Source of the DNA: Vicugna vicugna
Taxonomy: Eukaryota
Length of the DNA: 64,000 nucleotides
Direction: 5' to 3'
Assembly: GCA_013265495.1 (NCBI GenBank)
Contig: MU058815.1
Location: forward strand, 62,001-126,000
The notes beneath the pieces are model-generated. The model ran no database searches. It saw only the letters and a program-made list of their open reading frames with translations, and was not told the origin of the DNA. Positions 14,690 through 28,813 of the stretch are shown here, piece after piece; position 1 is the stretch's first letter; each line of letters opens with the position of its first letter. Made by a program: the position numbers and the translations under genes.

Positions 14690-16760
14690 ACTATACACTA
14701 ATATCCCTTATGAATATAGATGTAAAAATCCTCAACAAAATACTAGCAAACCAAAATGAACAGCGTATGAAAAGCTTTCTAAACCAAGAGGGATTTATCC
14801 CAGCAACGGAAGAGTGTTTCAGCACAAAAAAATCAAAGTAACAAACCACATTAATAAAATAAAGAAAAAATTTTAAAGCCACAGGATCACCTCAACTGAT
14901 ACAGAAGAAAACATTTGACAAAATCCAACATGCTTTAATGATTAAAAGAAAAAAAAATAGAAAAACCTCAACAAACTAGTAATAGAAGGGAACTTCCTCA
15001 GCCTAATAAAGGGCACTTATAAAAAAAAAAACCCACAACCAACATCATACTTAATGTCAAAAAACTGAAGGTCTTCCCGTTAAGATAAAAAAAACTAGAT
15101 AAGGATGCTTGTTCTCAGCACTCCTATTCAGCGTTGTAATGGAAATTCTAGCCAGGGTCATTAAGGCAAGAAAAAGAATTAAAAGGCATTCAAGATAGGA
15201 AAAAAAGAAGTAAAACTATTTCTATTCACAAATAACATGATCTTATATACAGAAAATTCCAAAGAATCCACCACAAACTATTAGAGCTAATAAATGAACT
15301 CAGAAAAGTTGTATGATACAAGACCAATATACAAAAATCAGTTATATCTCTATACACTATCAATAAACACTCCCAAACTGAGATTAGGAAAATAATTTGT
15401 AGTAGCAACAAAAAGAACAGAATTCTTAAGAAGAAATTTAATCAAGAAAGTTCAAGACTGTACACTGAAAACTACAAAACATTAATGAAAAAACCTAAGG
15501 AAGATCCAAATAAATAAAAACTTGTGACCAATTGGTTTCAACAAGGATATTAAGCCCATTCAATGGTACAAGACTTTTCAACAAACAGTGGTGGGACAAG
15601 TAAGTACTCACCCACAAAAGAACGGAGCTGGGCCCTTCTCTCTACCACATAAAAAATTATCTCAAAATAGACCCAAGGCATAAGAGAGAGCTAAAACTGT
15701 AACACTCTTAGAAGGAAGCATAGGTACAAATTTTCATGACCCTGGATTAGGCAACAGCGTCTTACGGTAACAAAAGCACAAACAATAAATTTTTTAAAAA
15801 ATATATATATGTGTATATAACAGACTTCATCAAAACTACCAAGGAAGGGAAAAATCGACCGACAGAATAGAAAATATCTGCAAATCATATACCTGATATG
15901 GGGTTAATGTGCAGATTACACAACGAATTCTTATTACTCACAGAAAAAGACAGCCCAACTGAAAAACAGGCAAAGGATTTGGACAGGTATTTCTCCAAAA
16001 AAGATACACCAATGAAACGAGACTCAACATTTGTTACCAGGTAAATGCAAATCTTAAACCACAGTGAGGGATCCCTTCACACCCAGTAAGACAGCTGAAA
16101 TTTAAACAAATGCAAACAGGCAAGTGGCAATGATGATGTGGAGAAACAGGAACTCTCATTCGGTGTCGATGAAAACGTGAAGTGGTGCGCCCCCATGGAC
16201 ACCAGTTTGGTGGTTCCCCCAAAAACTCAGCATAAAAACTACCAAACGATCCAATGGCTCTATTCCTAGGTATCTACCCAGGAGAAATGAAACGCATGTT
16301 CAAACAAATAACTGCATACAAGAGTTTAGTAGCATTACTCAGAATATCTAAAAAGCAAAAACAAACAAAATGAGCTATAATCATTCGATGGAATATTACT
16401 CAGCCATAGAAAGGAACCAAGTGTTGACGCATGCTGTAACATAGAAGAACTCTGAAAACATTAAGCTGAAAGAAGTCAGACACAGAAAGTCACATAGTAT
16501 ATGATTCTGTTTCTATGAAATATCTACTGTTGGCAAACCCAAAAAGACAGAAAAGAGATTAGTAGTTTCTGGAAACCGGGGGCTGACTAAGGAGTACGGG
16601 TTTGTTTTGAAGGTAATGGAAGTGTTTGGAATAAGACTACGGTGACAGTTGTACAACACAGTGAATAAACTAAAAACCACTGAGTGTACCCTTTAAAAAG
16701 TTAAAATGGTAGATTCTGCATTGTGTGAAATTTCAACTCAATTTACAAAAAAGAAAAACA
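14690..16760 (+). mobile_element. Degraded L1M ORF2 (RT region) to 3'UTR
   Basis: RT-region motifs aaaatcctcaacaaaatactagcaaac and tttgacaaaatccaaca; many stops and deletions. Confidence 0.88.
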
Positions 16761-17459
16761 GAAGTATTTTGGGGGATTCCAAACAAGTGGCTCCTGCAGA
16801 GATTCTGATGAGAGATGACAGCACACGGGCTTCGGGCTGTGGGATGGAGATGAAACATATGCTCTTCCAGAAACACACTGAAGGTGGTGGGTCCAGCATG
16901 ACTACTATCACTCATATTGTAACCCCTATTTATAGTCAATCTATAGATAAAGTGCTGAATAACTATAAGACAGAAAAAATGTAACTCTCATAAACTTTGA
17001 TGTGAACCAAAGTTACAAATGACAGAAATTGGAAGGTTAGAAGATGAAAGAAAGAGAATAGCAAATATTTTCTGATCTTACATCAAAAAAAGTCCACATA
17101 CTGTCTATAAAAATAATTATCTGTAAACAAATAAGAAAGTGAATAAAATCATTATTCACAGCAAGGACTCAAAAGATGAGTTTAAAGTTTTTACTTCTGA
17201 TGAAAGGGTCTGAAAGTGAAGAGGTGGCACCCTTCCATGGTGCTTTATTTATTTATTTTTTTTTACCATTAGCATATTGTGTTACTTTAAAATTTTGTAG
17301 ACTTCAATAATTTAACTATTATCACTAACAAATCTCCTGTAATACACCAAGTACTGAAAATCACTGACAGAATACTTTTGATAAACCACATACGTAATTC
17401 AGTCTCCTTACAATACTACAAAAACAGAACCAATACCAAAAATACACTGAACTAATGCA

Positions 17460-18800
17460 GAACTCCTTCACAGGAACAGAAGGAGACGTGCACAGGGACT
17501 GCAGCAATTTTTATAATACTAAAATTTTAGAAGCTTGGAAAATCATTAACAGATGATGACTGTAAACCTAGCAAACCCAAAACAATCAAATCAAAAACTA
17601 CCGCGAACAAAAGAGCATTATTTAAAAGGCAGGAAGTTAACATCCAGAAACAATAACCTTCATACAAAAAGGAAGAAAGAGAGGAGGGAGACGAGGGAGG
17701 AAAAAGGAAGACAGGCAGCCACTTAGGAGACACCGCATGGTCATAAATCTCATTTTTACAACAACCAGAAAGGAGGCCGGGAGAACCACTTCAGGTACAC
17801 TTAACAGAAATGGGCAAATCCCACTGGCAGGCACTTTTAAAACCCTCCTTTGAAAAAAAATGGAGAGAGAAAAAACTGAACAAATGGAAACACAAATATT
17901 TCCCTAATTTTAGAGCCAACACAATGCCAATTAAAAAAAAAAACACATCAACCAGACTTCTTCTGAAACTAGACATGAAGATTCCAAAACTCATATGGAA
18001 AAATAACCCTACAGGAAGAGTCAAGAAACAAAGCAAAAGGAAGAGCAAAGGTGAAGGAGGGAGTATCCAGCCCTGCGATACATTAAAACACAACACAGCT
18101 TTACTCATAAAATAATGCACAAGTGCAGCGTCTACAGAGATCACAGAAGAGAATGGTAAAGCCTGGATGGAAACTCAGCTTATGATAAAAATGGCACTGC
18201 AAACCAGTGGGGTATAAAGATAAAGAAATGGTGTTGGGACACCTGGATATCATCTTGGAAAAAGAGAAAGTGTCCGTATTTCCCACTGCTGTGATAATTC
18301 CTTTCTTTTTACATCGATGGTTTCAAAATGGTGATTTTCTATCATCCCCATCATTCTTCAATAAAAACAGTTCTTCCCTCCCACCAGTATTTTGAGTAAT
18401 CACTATGACTTCATGGATTCTTTATTCAAGGTATAAGCTATAATCTACTACTATTATACATTTTAATGTTCAAATTATCCTATATATGGCCAGTGAGAGC
18501 TCTTGTAAGCCTATGTCCTTCTGACACGTTCCTTTTAGCATTTGGACACTATCTTGCTCTTTGACCCCAAAGATAATCCAGGTTTACCATTCAATTTCCC
18601 TGCTCCAGACCTAAAATCAGAGATTTCTCCAAAGAGCCCTGGTTTCTTTCAGGGGGCAGAGTGTTTAGAAACCAAAATCTGGGCATTAGATATGTTCATT
18701 GCTATTATGGTATCATTCCTTTGAGATTGTTTCAGCTGTCAGAATAGGAAATAAATATAAACACACACACACACAACAAACTTCTGGTTTTTAGACTTAT
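17460..18800. mobile_element. Ancient L1 fragments (plus-strand ORF2 remnant, then a minus-strand L1MC-like 3' piece)
   Basis: attccaaaactcatatggaa motif; L1MC-like ttctccaaagagccctggtttc...gaaaccaaaatctggg. Confidence 0.6.
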
Positions 18801-18849
18801 TAAAAATCAAAAGTTCATCCTAAAGCACTTACAAATATAAGATATAACA

Positions 18850-21800
18850 ACCCAACTATTTCAATAATCACTTTAAGTATGAATGGTATAAAATATATTA
18901 ATTAAAACACAGATATTGCCAGAATGGATTAAAAACAAGACCCAACTATATGATATGTTGTGTATTCACTTTAAATATAAAGACACAGACTGACTAAAAA
19001 TAAAGAGATGGAGAAACATAAACCATGCTAACACTAATAAAAGAAAACCTGGAGTAGTTACATTAATTTCAGAGAAAACAAATCTCAGAACAAGGAAGCG
19101 TCTCAGGGATAAAAGGGGGCAGTACATAATGCTGAAGGGGGCATTTCCCCAACAAAACATAATAGACCACAATGTATATGCACCTAACAATCGAGCATCA
19201 AATTGCATGATTTAAAAACTACAGAATTACAAGGAGAAATAAATCCACTACCATAGCTGCAAATTTCAACTTGTCTCTATCAGTTATAGACAGACTCAGA
19301 AGGCAGAAAATCAGTTAAGGGTACAGCAAAACTGACCACCACCAAAAATCAACTAGATCTCATTGAGTACTAGATCTAATTGAATATAGAATACTGCGTC
19401 CAACAACAGTAGCAGAATACACATTCTGCCCAAGCTTATATGAATATTCACAAGACAGACCACATCCTGGGCTAAAAACACACCTTAACAAATTTAAAAC
19501 AGAAGTCATACCGAAGTATGCTCCTAGATGAATGGAAAAAAACCTGGAAACCAGTAAGATAGCTGGAAAATCTCAAAATACTTGGAGATTAAATAAGGCA
19601 CTTCAAAGCAACATATAGGTAAAAGAAGAGGTCTCAAGAGAAATTTAAAATACTTCTAACTAAATTTAATTGGAAATACAACTTATCAAAATTTGTGTGA
19701 TGCGGCAAAAGCAGTGATTAGAGGACAATTCACAGCACTGAATGTGCATATTAAGAAACATCTACGATTGATAATCTAAGCTTCCACATTAAGAAACTAA
19801 AGAACAAATTAAATCTAAAATAAGTTAAAAAAAAAAGTAGAAATCAGCAGAAATCAATAAAATTCAAAACAGGTAATCAGTAAAGAAAAACCAACCAGAT
19901 CAAAAGTTGGTTCTTTAAAAGGAGCAGTTAACTGATAAGCCTCTAGCCCGGCTAACCATGAAAAAGAGAGAGAGAGAGAGAGAGAATACAAATTACTAGT
20001 ATCAGAAATGAATAACACTTACTAACATCAGAAATTCATCACTACTGAATCCCACTGATACCACAAGCATAATAAAGGACTATTATAAACAACCATATGC
20101 CAATAAATGTGCCAACTTAGATGAAATGGACCAGTTCCTTAGAAGACACAAAGTACCAGAAGAAGAAGCAGATAAACTGGGCAGGCCTATAGCTATTAAA
20201 GAAGCTGAATCGGTAATTAATCAGCTTCTCAAACAGAAGGCATCAGATGCAGGTGGTGTCACCAGTGAATTCTACTGAAACGTTCAAAGGAAAAAAAAAT
20301 GATATAATTTCTCTACAATCTCTTCCAGAAAACAGAAGCAGGAGGAGCGCTTCCTAGCTCATTCTGTGAAGCCAGCATTACTCTTCTACCAAAACCGGGC
20401 AAAGACATCACAAGAACGGAAAACTAAAGACCACTATCCCTCACCAACATAAATGTAAAACTCCTAAACAAAATATTAGCCAAACAAATCCAGCAATGAA
20501 TAAAACTAATTACACCCCACAATCAAGTCGGGTTTGTTCGAGGTGCACAACACTGGTTCAATATTTGAAAATCCATTAATGTAACCCATCACATAAGTAG
20601 GTTAAATAAGAAAAGTCACACAATTACCGCCAATAGATAAAGAAAAAGAATCTGAAAAAATTCAACAAGATTAAAAAAAAAAAAAAAAACGATGAATAGA
20701 GGCTTCTTCAACCTGATAAGGCACATCTACAAAAAACCCATAGTTAACGTCATACTTAGTGGTGAAACACTGAAGGCTTTCCCCTCAAGATCAGGAACAA
20801 GACCAGGATGTCTGTTCCTGATGCTTTTATTCAATACTGTAATGGAGACTCCAATGAGGGAGATTTAGGCAAAAGAAAGAAATAAAAGACATCTAGATTG
20901 GGAGAGAATAAGCAAAACGTCTTCTCTGTGCAGGTGACATGGATCTTGCATATAGAAAATATTAAGGAATCTACTAAAAAAAACTATGAGAATAAGCAAG
21001 TTCAGCAAAGTTGTATGATATAAGCTCAACATACAAAAACAACTGTATTCCTATACACTAGCAGTGAACAATCTGAAAACAAAACACAGAGAACAATTCC
21101 ATTTACAACAGTATCCAAACAGAATGAAATAGTTAGAAATAAATTTAAAAGTAGTGCGAGTCTTGTACACTGAAAACTACAAACCGCTGTTGAATGAAAA
21201 GATATTCCACGTTCATGAAATGGAAAACTTAACATTGTTTAGAAGGCGACTTTCCCCAAATTGATCTGACTATTCAATGCATCCCTATCAAGATGCCAGT
21301 GGATTTGACTTTCTTGAGAAAACTGAGAATTTTTCAGAAATTCTGGTAAATTCTTCAGAAATGGTACTTGCATAAAGATAGGCATGTAGATAATTGAAAT
21401 AGAACTGAAAGTCCAGAAATAAACTCTTATGTTTAAGGTCCATTAATTTTCAAAGGAGGTGCCAACACAATTCTGTCGTGAAAGAACAGTTTTTTCAATA
21501 GTTCTGAGACACTGAATATCCAAAGCAAAAGAATTAAATTAACCTCTTACTTCACACCATATACAAAAGCTAACTCTAAATTGATCACAGACAAAAGCAC
21601 TGACAAGCTAAAATCATAAAACTCTTAGAAGAAAACTGTTACAAATCTTTGTAACCTTGGATTAGATAAGTGTTTTACATATGATCCAAAAGCTCAGCCA
21701 ATAAAGAAACCAACAAATTGGACATCATACATCAGCATTAAAATCCTAGGTTCTTCAAAATACACCATTAATAAACTGAAAAGATAACCCACAGAATAGG

Positions 21801-22695
21801 AGAAAAGTTACGCAAATCATGTATCTGATTAGGGACTTAATTTCCAGTGTAAATAAAGGACTCTTACAATTCAAAACAAAAGACAAACAACCAAATTAAA
21901 AAGGATATGAAAAGACACTTCTCTAAAGTAGATACACACATGGCCAAATAAGCACATGAAAAGATACTCAACATCTTTAACCACTAGAAAATCCAAATCA
22001 AAGGCACAATGAGATGTCACCTCACACACACCCGGTGGCTATGATCAAAAACCCAAACAAGTACTGGTCATGATGTGAAGAAATTAGAGCTCTTATATTT
22101 TGCTGATAGGAATATAAAATGCTGCAGCCACTTTGGAAAAGTTTAGTAGTTCCTCAAAATGTTCATCATAGAATTACAATTACAATATGACCCAGCAATT
22201 CCACTCCTAAGTGGAAATTTTAAAACAAGAATGTCCTAAAAATTTATATATGAACATTCTAAGCAGGATTGTTCACAAGATCCAAAAAGTGGAAATGACA
22301 CAAATGTACATGATTGAACAGATAATCCAAACAATGAAATATTATTCAGCCATAAAAAGAAATGAAGTACTTACTGATACACGCCACAAAGTGATACAGC
22401 CTTGATACAGCTCAGTGAAAGAAGCCATAAATAACCACTTACGATTTCTTCACGTGAAACATCCAAAGTAGAAAAAGCTGCTGAGAAACAAAGTAGATGA
22501 CAAATGGGTCTTATTTTGTGGGGAGACGGAGTATGAGAATGGGGAGTCCACTGCTAAGAGAACAGGGTTTCTTTCTGGACTGATAAAGATGTTCTAAAAT
22601 TGGATTGTGGTGATGGTTGCACAACTCTGTAAATACACTAAAAACAATTGTACACTTTTAATTTTATATATGAATCAATCTCAATAAAGATTTTA
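18850..22695 (+). mobile_element. Degraded L1M ORF2 (endonuclease through RT) and 3'UTR
   Basis: EN-start-like caataatcactttaagtatgaatgg, aatgtatatgcacctaacaa, ttagatgaaatggac; ends tctcaataaag. Confidence 0.9.
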
Positions 22696-24839
22696 AAATA
22701 TACACATCTATCTAAATATATCACTTTGCTGAGCCAGAATTCACATGCTATAAAATACTCGAAAACATATCTTTTAAAACGTGAGAAAAACATATGAATG
22801 GAATCAACCTGTTTGAAAAAAAAAAAAAAAAGAGCAAGTAGGAAGACTCGTCTTCCTCTGCAACAGCCCACCTGAGAGATGATACAGGCTTGGACGAGAG
22901 TGGTGTTGATAAAGGAGAGCATGGAGAAAAAGTGGAAAGATACAAAGGCACTGGGGAAGACCTGATGATAAGCTAGGTGGGAACAACGAGGAAGGCGCAG
23001 GCACCAAGGATGACGTGCATTATGCATTTGATCATTTGCTCTACTTCTGCCAGAAGCTGGTACGTAACTCACAAAAATGATCTTTGAAATGGGCCACACT
23101 TATGAGTAGAAGCCTGCCAGACTGGGAGAAGGTTGGCAGGGAGAAGGGAGAAGTCATTCCAGGAGGTGTGTGCAAAAGCACAGACACATAAAAGAGCAGG
23201 AAAAGGTAAAGGCCAATGTGTTCTGCATGCACTTACCCACCTCCACCTAAAAGGGATACAGGGCAGAGAGCAGTCTAGGGCTCCTGCGACCCAGAAGAGC
23301 TCTCATATCCCCTGCAGGCTGCTGAGAGCACCGGATTTTGGACTGGCCTCTAACAGGAAGCACAGGCATCTGGGAGACTCCCTCACCTGCAGTATCCGTG
23401 ACCTAATGTTCTTTGCGCTGCTCACTGCTGATCTGACAGCAAAGCAAAGCGAAGGATATGTAATGTTAGCCAAGAGCCAGGACTGACCTGTCATCTTGCC
23501 AATCCTGAAAGGAACCTGGGTCAATTTTCCTAAGAAACTTTATCTCCTAATAGCTGATTTCTACATAACAAGTAACTGAAAACATTCTGAATGTATTAAA
23601 TAGTCTTGTATTCTCTGATTTCTTCTCTTTGATCCATCTGGGTCCTAATTTAAAGACTTCCCAGATACTTGATGAAAATTTACTTTCAATTTGCAATCAT
23701 TTAAGTCATAAAGATAAAAAAAACAAACACAGAACATGGTGCACATTACTAGCTGTGTCTGAAATGCCTTTGCATCCGATGCACTGTCGGCACACCTAGT
23801 GTAACTGAAATACACAGCTCTAAACGCCCAACTGCCCGCCTACTTCCCAGCTGAGTTTCTCAATATTCTGCCTGTCATGCTGTACCAGTCACACTGCCTT
23901 ACGCTACTGCCCCAAAACACCACACATGTTCACACTCCATGCCTCTGCCCATGCTCTTGTCTCTGGTCTGGAATAATAAATAAATAAAATAACTCATCAT
24001 CTTCCGGAGTACCCCCTATGAGTTAGACACTGAGTATGCAATTTATATGAACGCTCTCATCTAATGTCCACAGCAGGCATACAAAGTTGGTATTATTTTT
24101 TTTCCTATTTTACACATAAGAAAGTTGAAGCACAGAGAAGTTTGCCTAAGGACCCTCACTAATGTCAAACTCCATTACAAGGAATGCCTTGGAACCCTTT
24201 TCATCTGGCGAAACCCAAACCTGACCCTCAGAAATCGCCCCTCTGGTGTCTTCCAATCTCCCCTTGGGCGTAGTCCAGCCCTCAGCTCTCACCAAGCCTT
24301 TAAAGTTAGCACAGCCTTTTAATTACCAGCATCTTCCTCACTATATTAGCAGTTGCATTAAGATAGGAATCATGACTTAACTCATTCTGAACTTCTGCTT
24401 AACGGATTCTAGGTGCTCAGTAACTGCGTGTCAAAATTAAATGTCTGCTCCTCTGGCAAACTGCTGTTTCCATCTTTCATGATCCACTTGGCTTTCTCCA
24501 ACAAGGCAAGTGAAAGGAACTGAGCTTTCGCGGTTATCCCGCCGAAAGGCACACCCCCTCTATCACAGCCCTTCCTCCCACCGTATCGCTAACGCACCAG
24601 TCTCCTCCCACGGAAGGTGGCTCAAGGGCAAGAGCAAGACCGTGCACAATTACGTCCCCCAGAGCTCAGCAAGGCAGCCGGAAGAGCAGAAAGCAAAAAC
24701 AGAATGCTCAAAATGGTTTAAATGAAATGGACTCGTCCACCAAACTAACTTTCTAAGACAAAATGGACAAGGGGAAAATTTCAGAGGAACAGCTTTAAAT
24801 TGAGGACTATTCAGAATAATCAATACAGTGCATTCTCAC

Positions 24840-25600
24840 TGCGGCTTCTGAAACTCTCCCCCTGATGTCTGAGCCGCCAGAAGGCAAGCACCGAGCGAGA
24901 ACAGAATCTGGACGCGGGGCTCGCACGCAGCGGGTCCGCTGACCTTGGCACAGGTGAGCCGTGCGCAGGGCGCGGCCGGCCCGAGCGCCCCCGACTGCGC
25001 GCCGCCGGGTGGGGGAGGGGAGGGCCCCCCAGGCCTCCCCGCGGGCGCTGGCGTCAGCCCGGGCGCTCGACCTGGCGACCCCTTCCCGGGGCCGGCGGCC
25101 GCCCGCCTCGCGCCCCTCACCTCGGTTCTCCTCCTCCAGGTACCGCACCCGCAGCTCGTCCTCAGTCTTCACCTCGGAGCCGAAGCCCCTCCGCGAGGCC
25201 GGCCCCCCGATCGCGGGCGTCCAGCCCCGCGCCCAGGTCGCCGGGCCGCCCCGCGGGCCCGTCCAGGGGCCGGGCAGCCTCCACCCGGGGCCGAGCCGCG
25301 CACAGCAAGCGGCCACCAAGCGGGCGCGGCCGGCCTGCAAAGTGCCCAAGGCCCCCGGTGCCGCCGCCGCCGCCGCCGCCGCCGCCATGTTGTCTGTTTA
25401 CGGCGTGGGCCTGCGGCTGCTGCCCCGCCCCCGCCGCGCGCACCACGCAGGCCACGCCCAGACCCCGCCCCTACCCCGGCAGGCCTTTTCCCTAGTCACG
25501 CCCCCTAAGCCTCGCTCTCGCGCCAGGCCCCGCCCCTGAGCCCTCGCCACGCCCCTGAGCCTTCGCCCCGCCCAGCACCCCCGACTGTTCCAGATTCCAC
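24840..25600 (-). promoter_or_regulatory. AUH: AUH CpG island / TATA-less promoter
   Basis: Very GC- and CpG-rich; repeated CCCCGCCC and CCACGCCC (Sp/KLF) boxes at 25420-25575 just upstream of the ATG. Confidence 0.88.
25121..25388 (-). CDS. AUH: AUH coding exon 1 (mitochondrial presequence and start of crotonase-fold hydratase)
   Basis: Encodes [20 protein letters not shown]...[19 protein letters not shown](G), matching the AUH N-terminus. Donor GAG|GTGAGG at 25121/25120; 268 nt, phase 1. The 193-aa track ORF is read-through into the intron. Confidence 0.96.
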
Positions 25601-25759
25601 TTGCCTGGCAGAAGTGTGCTGGCTTGTCCAGCAAAGGCAGGGGGAAAGCTGTGGAATAGTTCAGCGGGGGAACATGTTCTACGAGAACTCGCCTCCCTCC
25701 CCTCCCAGGGCTGTGCCCTGGGGTCCTGTGTTAGCTGCAAAGGTGAACTAAAATGTGTG

Positions 25760-26080
25760 GTCACGGTTTTGTCAAGGTCATCAGAAATAAGACTGAGAAA
25801 CTGTCACAGTCAAGAGGAGGCTAAGGAGCCCTGATGACTAAAGGTACTGTGGGCTCCTGCAACAGAAATAATGGACTTCGGGTAGAAATTAAGGGAATCC
25901 AGACAAAGCACAGACTTTAGTAATGTGTCAATGTAAGTTCATTCATTGTAACCAGTGTACCATATTAATGTAGGATGTCAGTAATGGGGGCAACTGGGGG
26001 TGGGGTGCATGGGGAACTCTCTGTCCTGTGTCCTCAATTTTTAACGTAAGTCTAAAACTATTAAAATTATTGAAATACAT
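25760..26080 (+). mobile_element. L1MC/MD-like 3' end
   Basis: gactgagaaactgtcacag...ggaactctctgtcctg...gtaagtctaaaacta. Confidence 0.75.
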
Positions 26081-26634
26081 TGAAAGAGAATTGTCACAGT
26101 CTACCTGGACCCTAATTCAAAGCCAGTGAGTCTGTACTGCCCCGGACTGAGCTGGGAGCCTGCCCTGGTCAACTGGTGGTTGATGCTCCTGGAAGACCTC
26201 CATGCCTCTCACCCAGCCTTCTCCTCTGAGTCACCTGCTTACCTTCCCTGCCCTTCGAATCCTTTGACATTACCTTCCTGCTTCAAGTTCCCCCACAGAG
26301 CCAGGGAGAGCTTGAATGGTGCCTTCCCACTAGGCCCTAAATCTCTTGTTGGCTGCGAGTATGTCTAGGATGAGAACTGGCCATAGAATTCTCACATGTG
26401 AAGGCCAACCCCATTGCTCTTTACCTCGCTTAGCCATCAGAGTTGTAGTGTCTGCTCCTACTTCCTGGACAGGTCAAAAAGAGTTCCTGCTCTGTCAGGG
26501 TGTAGCTGGAGAGCTCTGATTTTAGCCCTTTCCTGGTCAGGTCTTGGGGTTCTTGTGTCTCATTCCTTATATACTTTTCCAGTAGGTAGGAATTTCATTC
26601 TGTCCTCTAGATCAGTAAAGGAGTCTAAAGAAGG

Positions 26635-26969
26635 TGTATTAGTCAGCGTGGGCTGCCGTAACAAATACCACAGACTGGGCTGGAAGTCCAAGATCAAGTT
26701 GTCGGCAGGCTTGGTCTCTCCTGAGGCCTCTCTCTTTGGCTTGCAGACAGCCACCTTCTAGCTATGACCTCATGCAACCTCTTCTCTGATGCATGCTTCC
26801 TTGGTGCCTCTGTCTCTTCTAAGCACATGGGTCCTATTGAATTAGGGCCCCACCTTTACAATGTTATTATCTTAATTATCCCTTTAAAGGCCATATATTC
26901 AAAAACAGTTTTAGTAGAGGGTAGGGCTTCAACGTATGAATTTGAGGAGACATAACTGAGTCTGTGACA
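26635..26969 (-). mobile_element. MaLR LTR (MLT1-like)
   Basis: tgtattagtcag...gctgccgtaacaaataccacagactggg...tcaacgtatgaattt...tgtgaca. Confidence 0.85.
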
Positions 26970-27055
26970 GAGACTCAGTTCCCTGTGACCAGCTCTGCTG
27001 CCCTACATCCCCCTAACCCCAGCTCCACACCAGCCTCCCTGTGTGATGACAGTAC

Positions 27056-27603
27056 TGTGGGAACCCAGGGTAGATAAAAAGAATATTTTAAGCTGAAGGT
27101 ATTTGAGATTGAACAGATGCAGAAAGAAACTTTCTCAGAGCTTTCTTTCTCTGACTAAGCAGGAGCTTCTGAGAAATGAGGCTGTCATAAATCCCCTTTG
27201 AGGCACCTTGACTCCCAGGAGACAGAGAGAGACCAAGATAAACGTACCATAAATCCCTTCTTTGGGAAGTTTCACAGCCACGAAGAAGAAGGAAAGACCA
27301 CTCACACCTGCTTAAACACACATTATCACAAACATTCTTATCTTCAGTTTGTTCTCCTTAAAACCCATTTGTCTTTTTTAATAAAACCTTTCTGTTCCTC
27401 TCCCTCCCTTCCCCCTTCTCAGTTAGGACTAAAGCCTATAACTTTAACCATTTAGGGAGTTAGCTACTTCTTTTGTTAACCCCTCTATGCATACACATAG
27501 AAATAAACCCTTTTTTCTCCCATTGATCTGTCTTTTGCAGCTTAATTTGCAGGCCCCGCGTCACTAAAGCAAGAGGATAGAGGCAAGTTTTTCCTCTCAA
27601 ACA
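27056..27603 (+). mobile_element. ERV1-class solo LTR, 548 bp
   Basis: TG...CA termini; 4-bp TSD GTAC (27052-27055 and 27604-27607); AATAAA at 27502; ERV1-type U5 tail. Confidence 0.88.
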
Positions 27604-27994
27604 GTACCAACATCTCTCCCCTCTCATCCTCAGAGCAAGGACATTGGAGGACACTGACACTCTCAGAGGAGGACTCTGGCTTGTAAACTGATTTGCCAGA
27701 GGTCAAAAAGCAGTAAGCTGCAGAGTCCTGTGCAAATCAGCACAAGGAATTTTGTCATAATTTCCCACCCACCCTCCATTCAAGTTCTCTTCTTTCCCTG
27801 ACACCTAGTTATTCTCCTTAAGGTCTTTGTCATATGAGGCAGGCGGCATTGGTAGTGGAGGCACCAACAGTTTCACACTTTTCAAAGAACAGGCGTTAAC
27901 CAAGCCATGATCATTAGTGCTTTCAGCAACTTCAGAGAAAGTCAACAGAGGACAGTGTGGTTTGTCTGTCTTTTTTTACTATAGCTATCCAGAA

Positions 27995-28580
27995 ACCAAA
28001 AAGAAAAAAAAAAATTCTGAAACAAATGAGCTTATTTACCAAACAGAAACAGACCCATAGACGTAGAGAATGATTACCAGGGAGAAAAGGGGGTGGGAAG
28101 GGATAAATTGAGAGTTTGAGATTTGCAGATGCTAACTAGTATATAAAAAATAGATCAACAGCAAATGTCTACTGTACAGCACAGGGAACTACATGCAATA
28201 TCTTGTAATAGCCTATAATGAAAAGGAATATGGAAAGGGATCTATCTATGTAGATAGAGATAGAAGTAACTGAATCACTATGCTGTACACCAGAAGTTGA
28301 CGCAACATTGTAACCGGACTATACTTCAACTTTAAAAAATGTTTAAAAATAAAAATGTCCGGTAGTGATTACCAGAGACAAGGAGTCAGGGAGGAGGAAT
28401 GGACGAAGACGGTCAAAAGGTGCAAACTTCTAGATAAAGGAGGTTCTAGGGTTATAATGTACCACTTAATGAATAGAATTCACACTGCTGCATCTTATAT
28501 GTGAAAGTTGCTAAGAGAGTAAATTCTAAGAGTTCTCATCACAAGGAAAAATACTTTCTGTTCCTTTAATTTTGTATCTA
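27995..28580 (+). mobile_element. Two adjacent L1 3'UTR fragments
   Basis: acagcacagggaac...gctgtacaccagaa with A tail, then an L1MA-type gttctcatcacaaggaaaaa. Confidence 0.8.
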
Positions 28581-28813
28581 TTCGGCCCACCCAGTGAATG
28601 TTTTAAATTTCAGGATGACATTTTTTCAGTTCTATAATTTTCCATTTGGTTTTTTTGAGTAGTTTCGTTACTGAGATTTCTTATTTGAGCATTCATTTTG
28701 AACATATTTCCATAAACTTTTTTAAGCATTCCAATAAGAGCTGCTTTAAACTCTTTGTTAAAACAGCTGGGTGATCTTGAGGTCAATCTTCATTGTTTGT
28801 ATTTTCTCTTCTG

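Noticed and set aside
24807..25120. C-terminal part of the 193-aa ORF and overlapping GC-rich ORFs
   Set aside because: Read-through past the AUH exon 1 donor; stop codons are scarce in CpG islands
25387..25539. Plus-strand GCCGCCATG with a 50-aa ORF antisense to AUH
   Set aside because: By-product of the Ala codons and the CATG palindrome; a divergent transcript would probably start beyond this ATG
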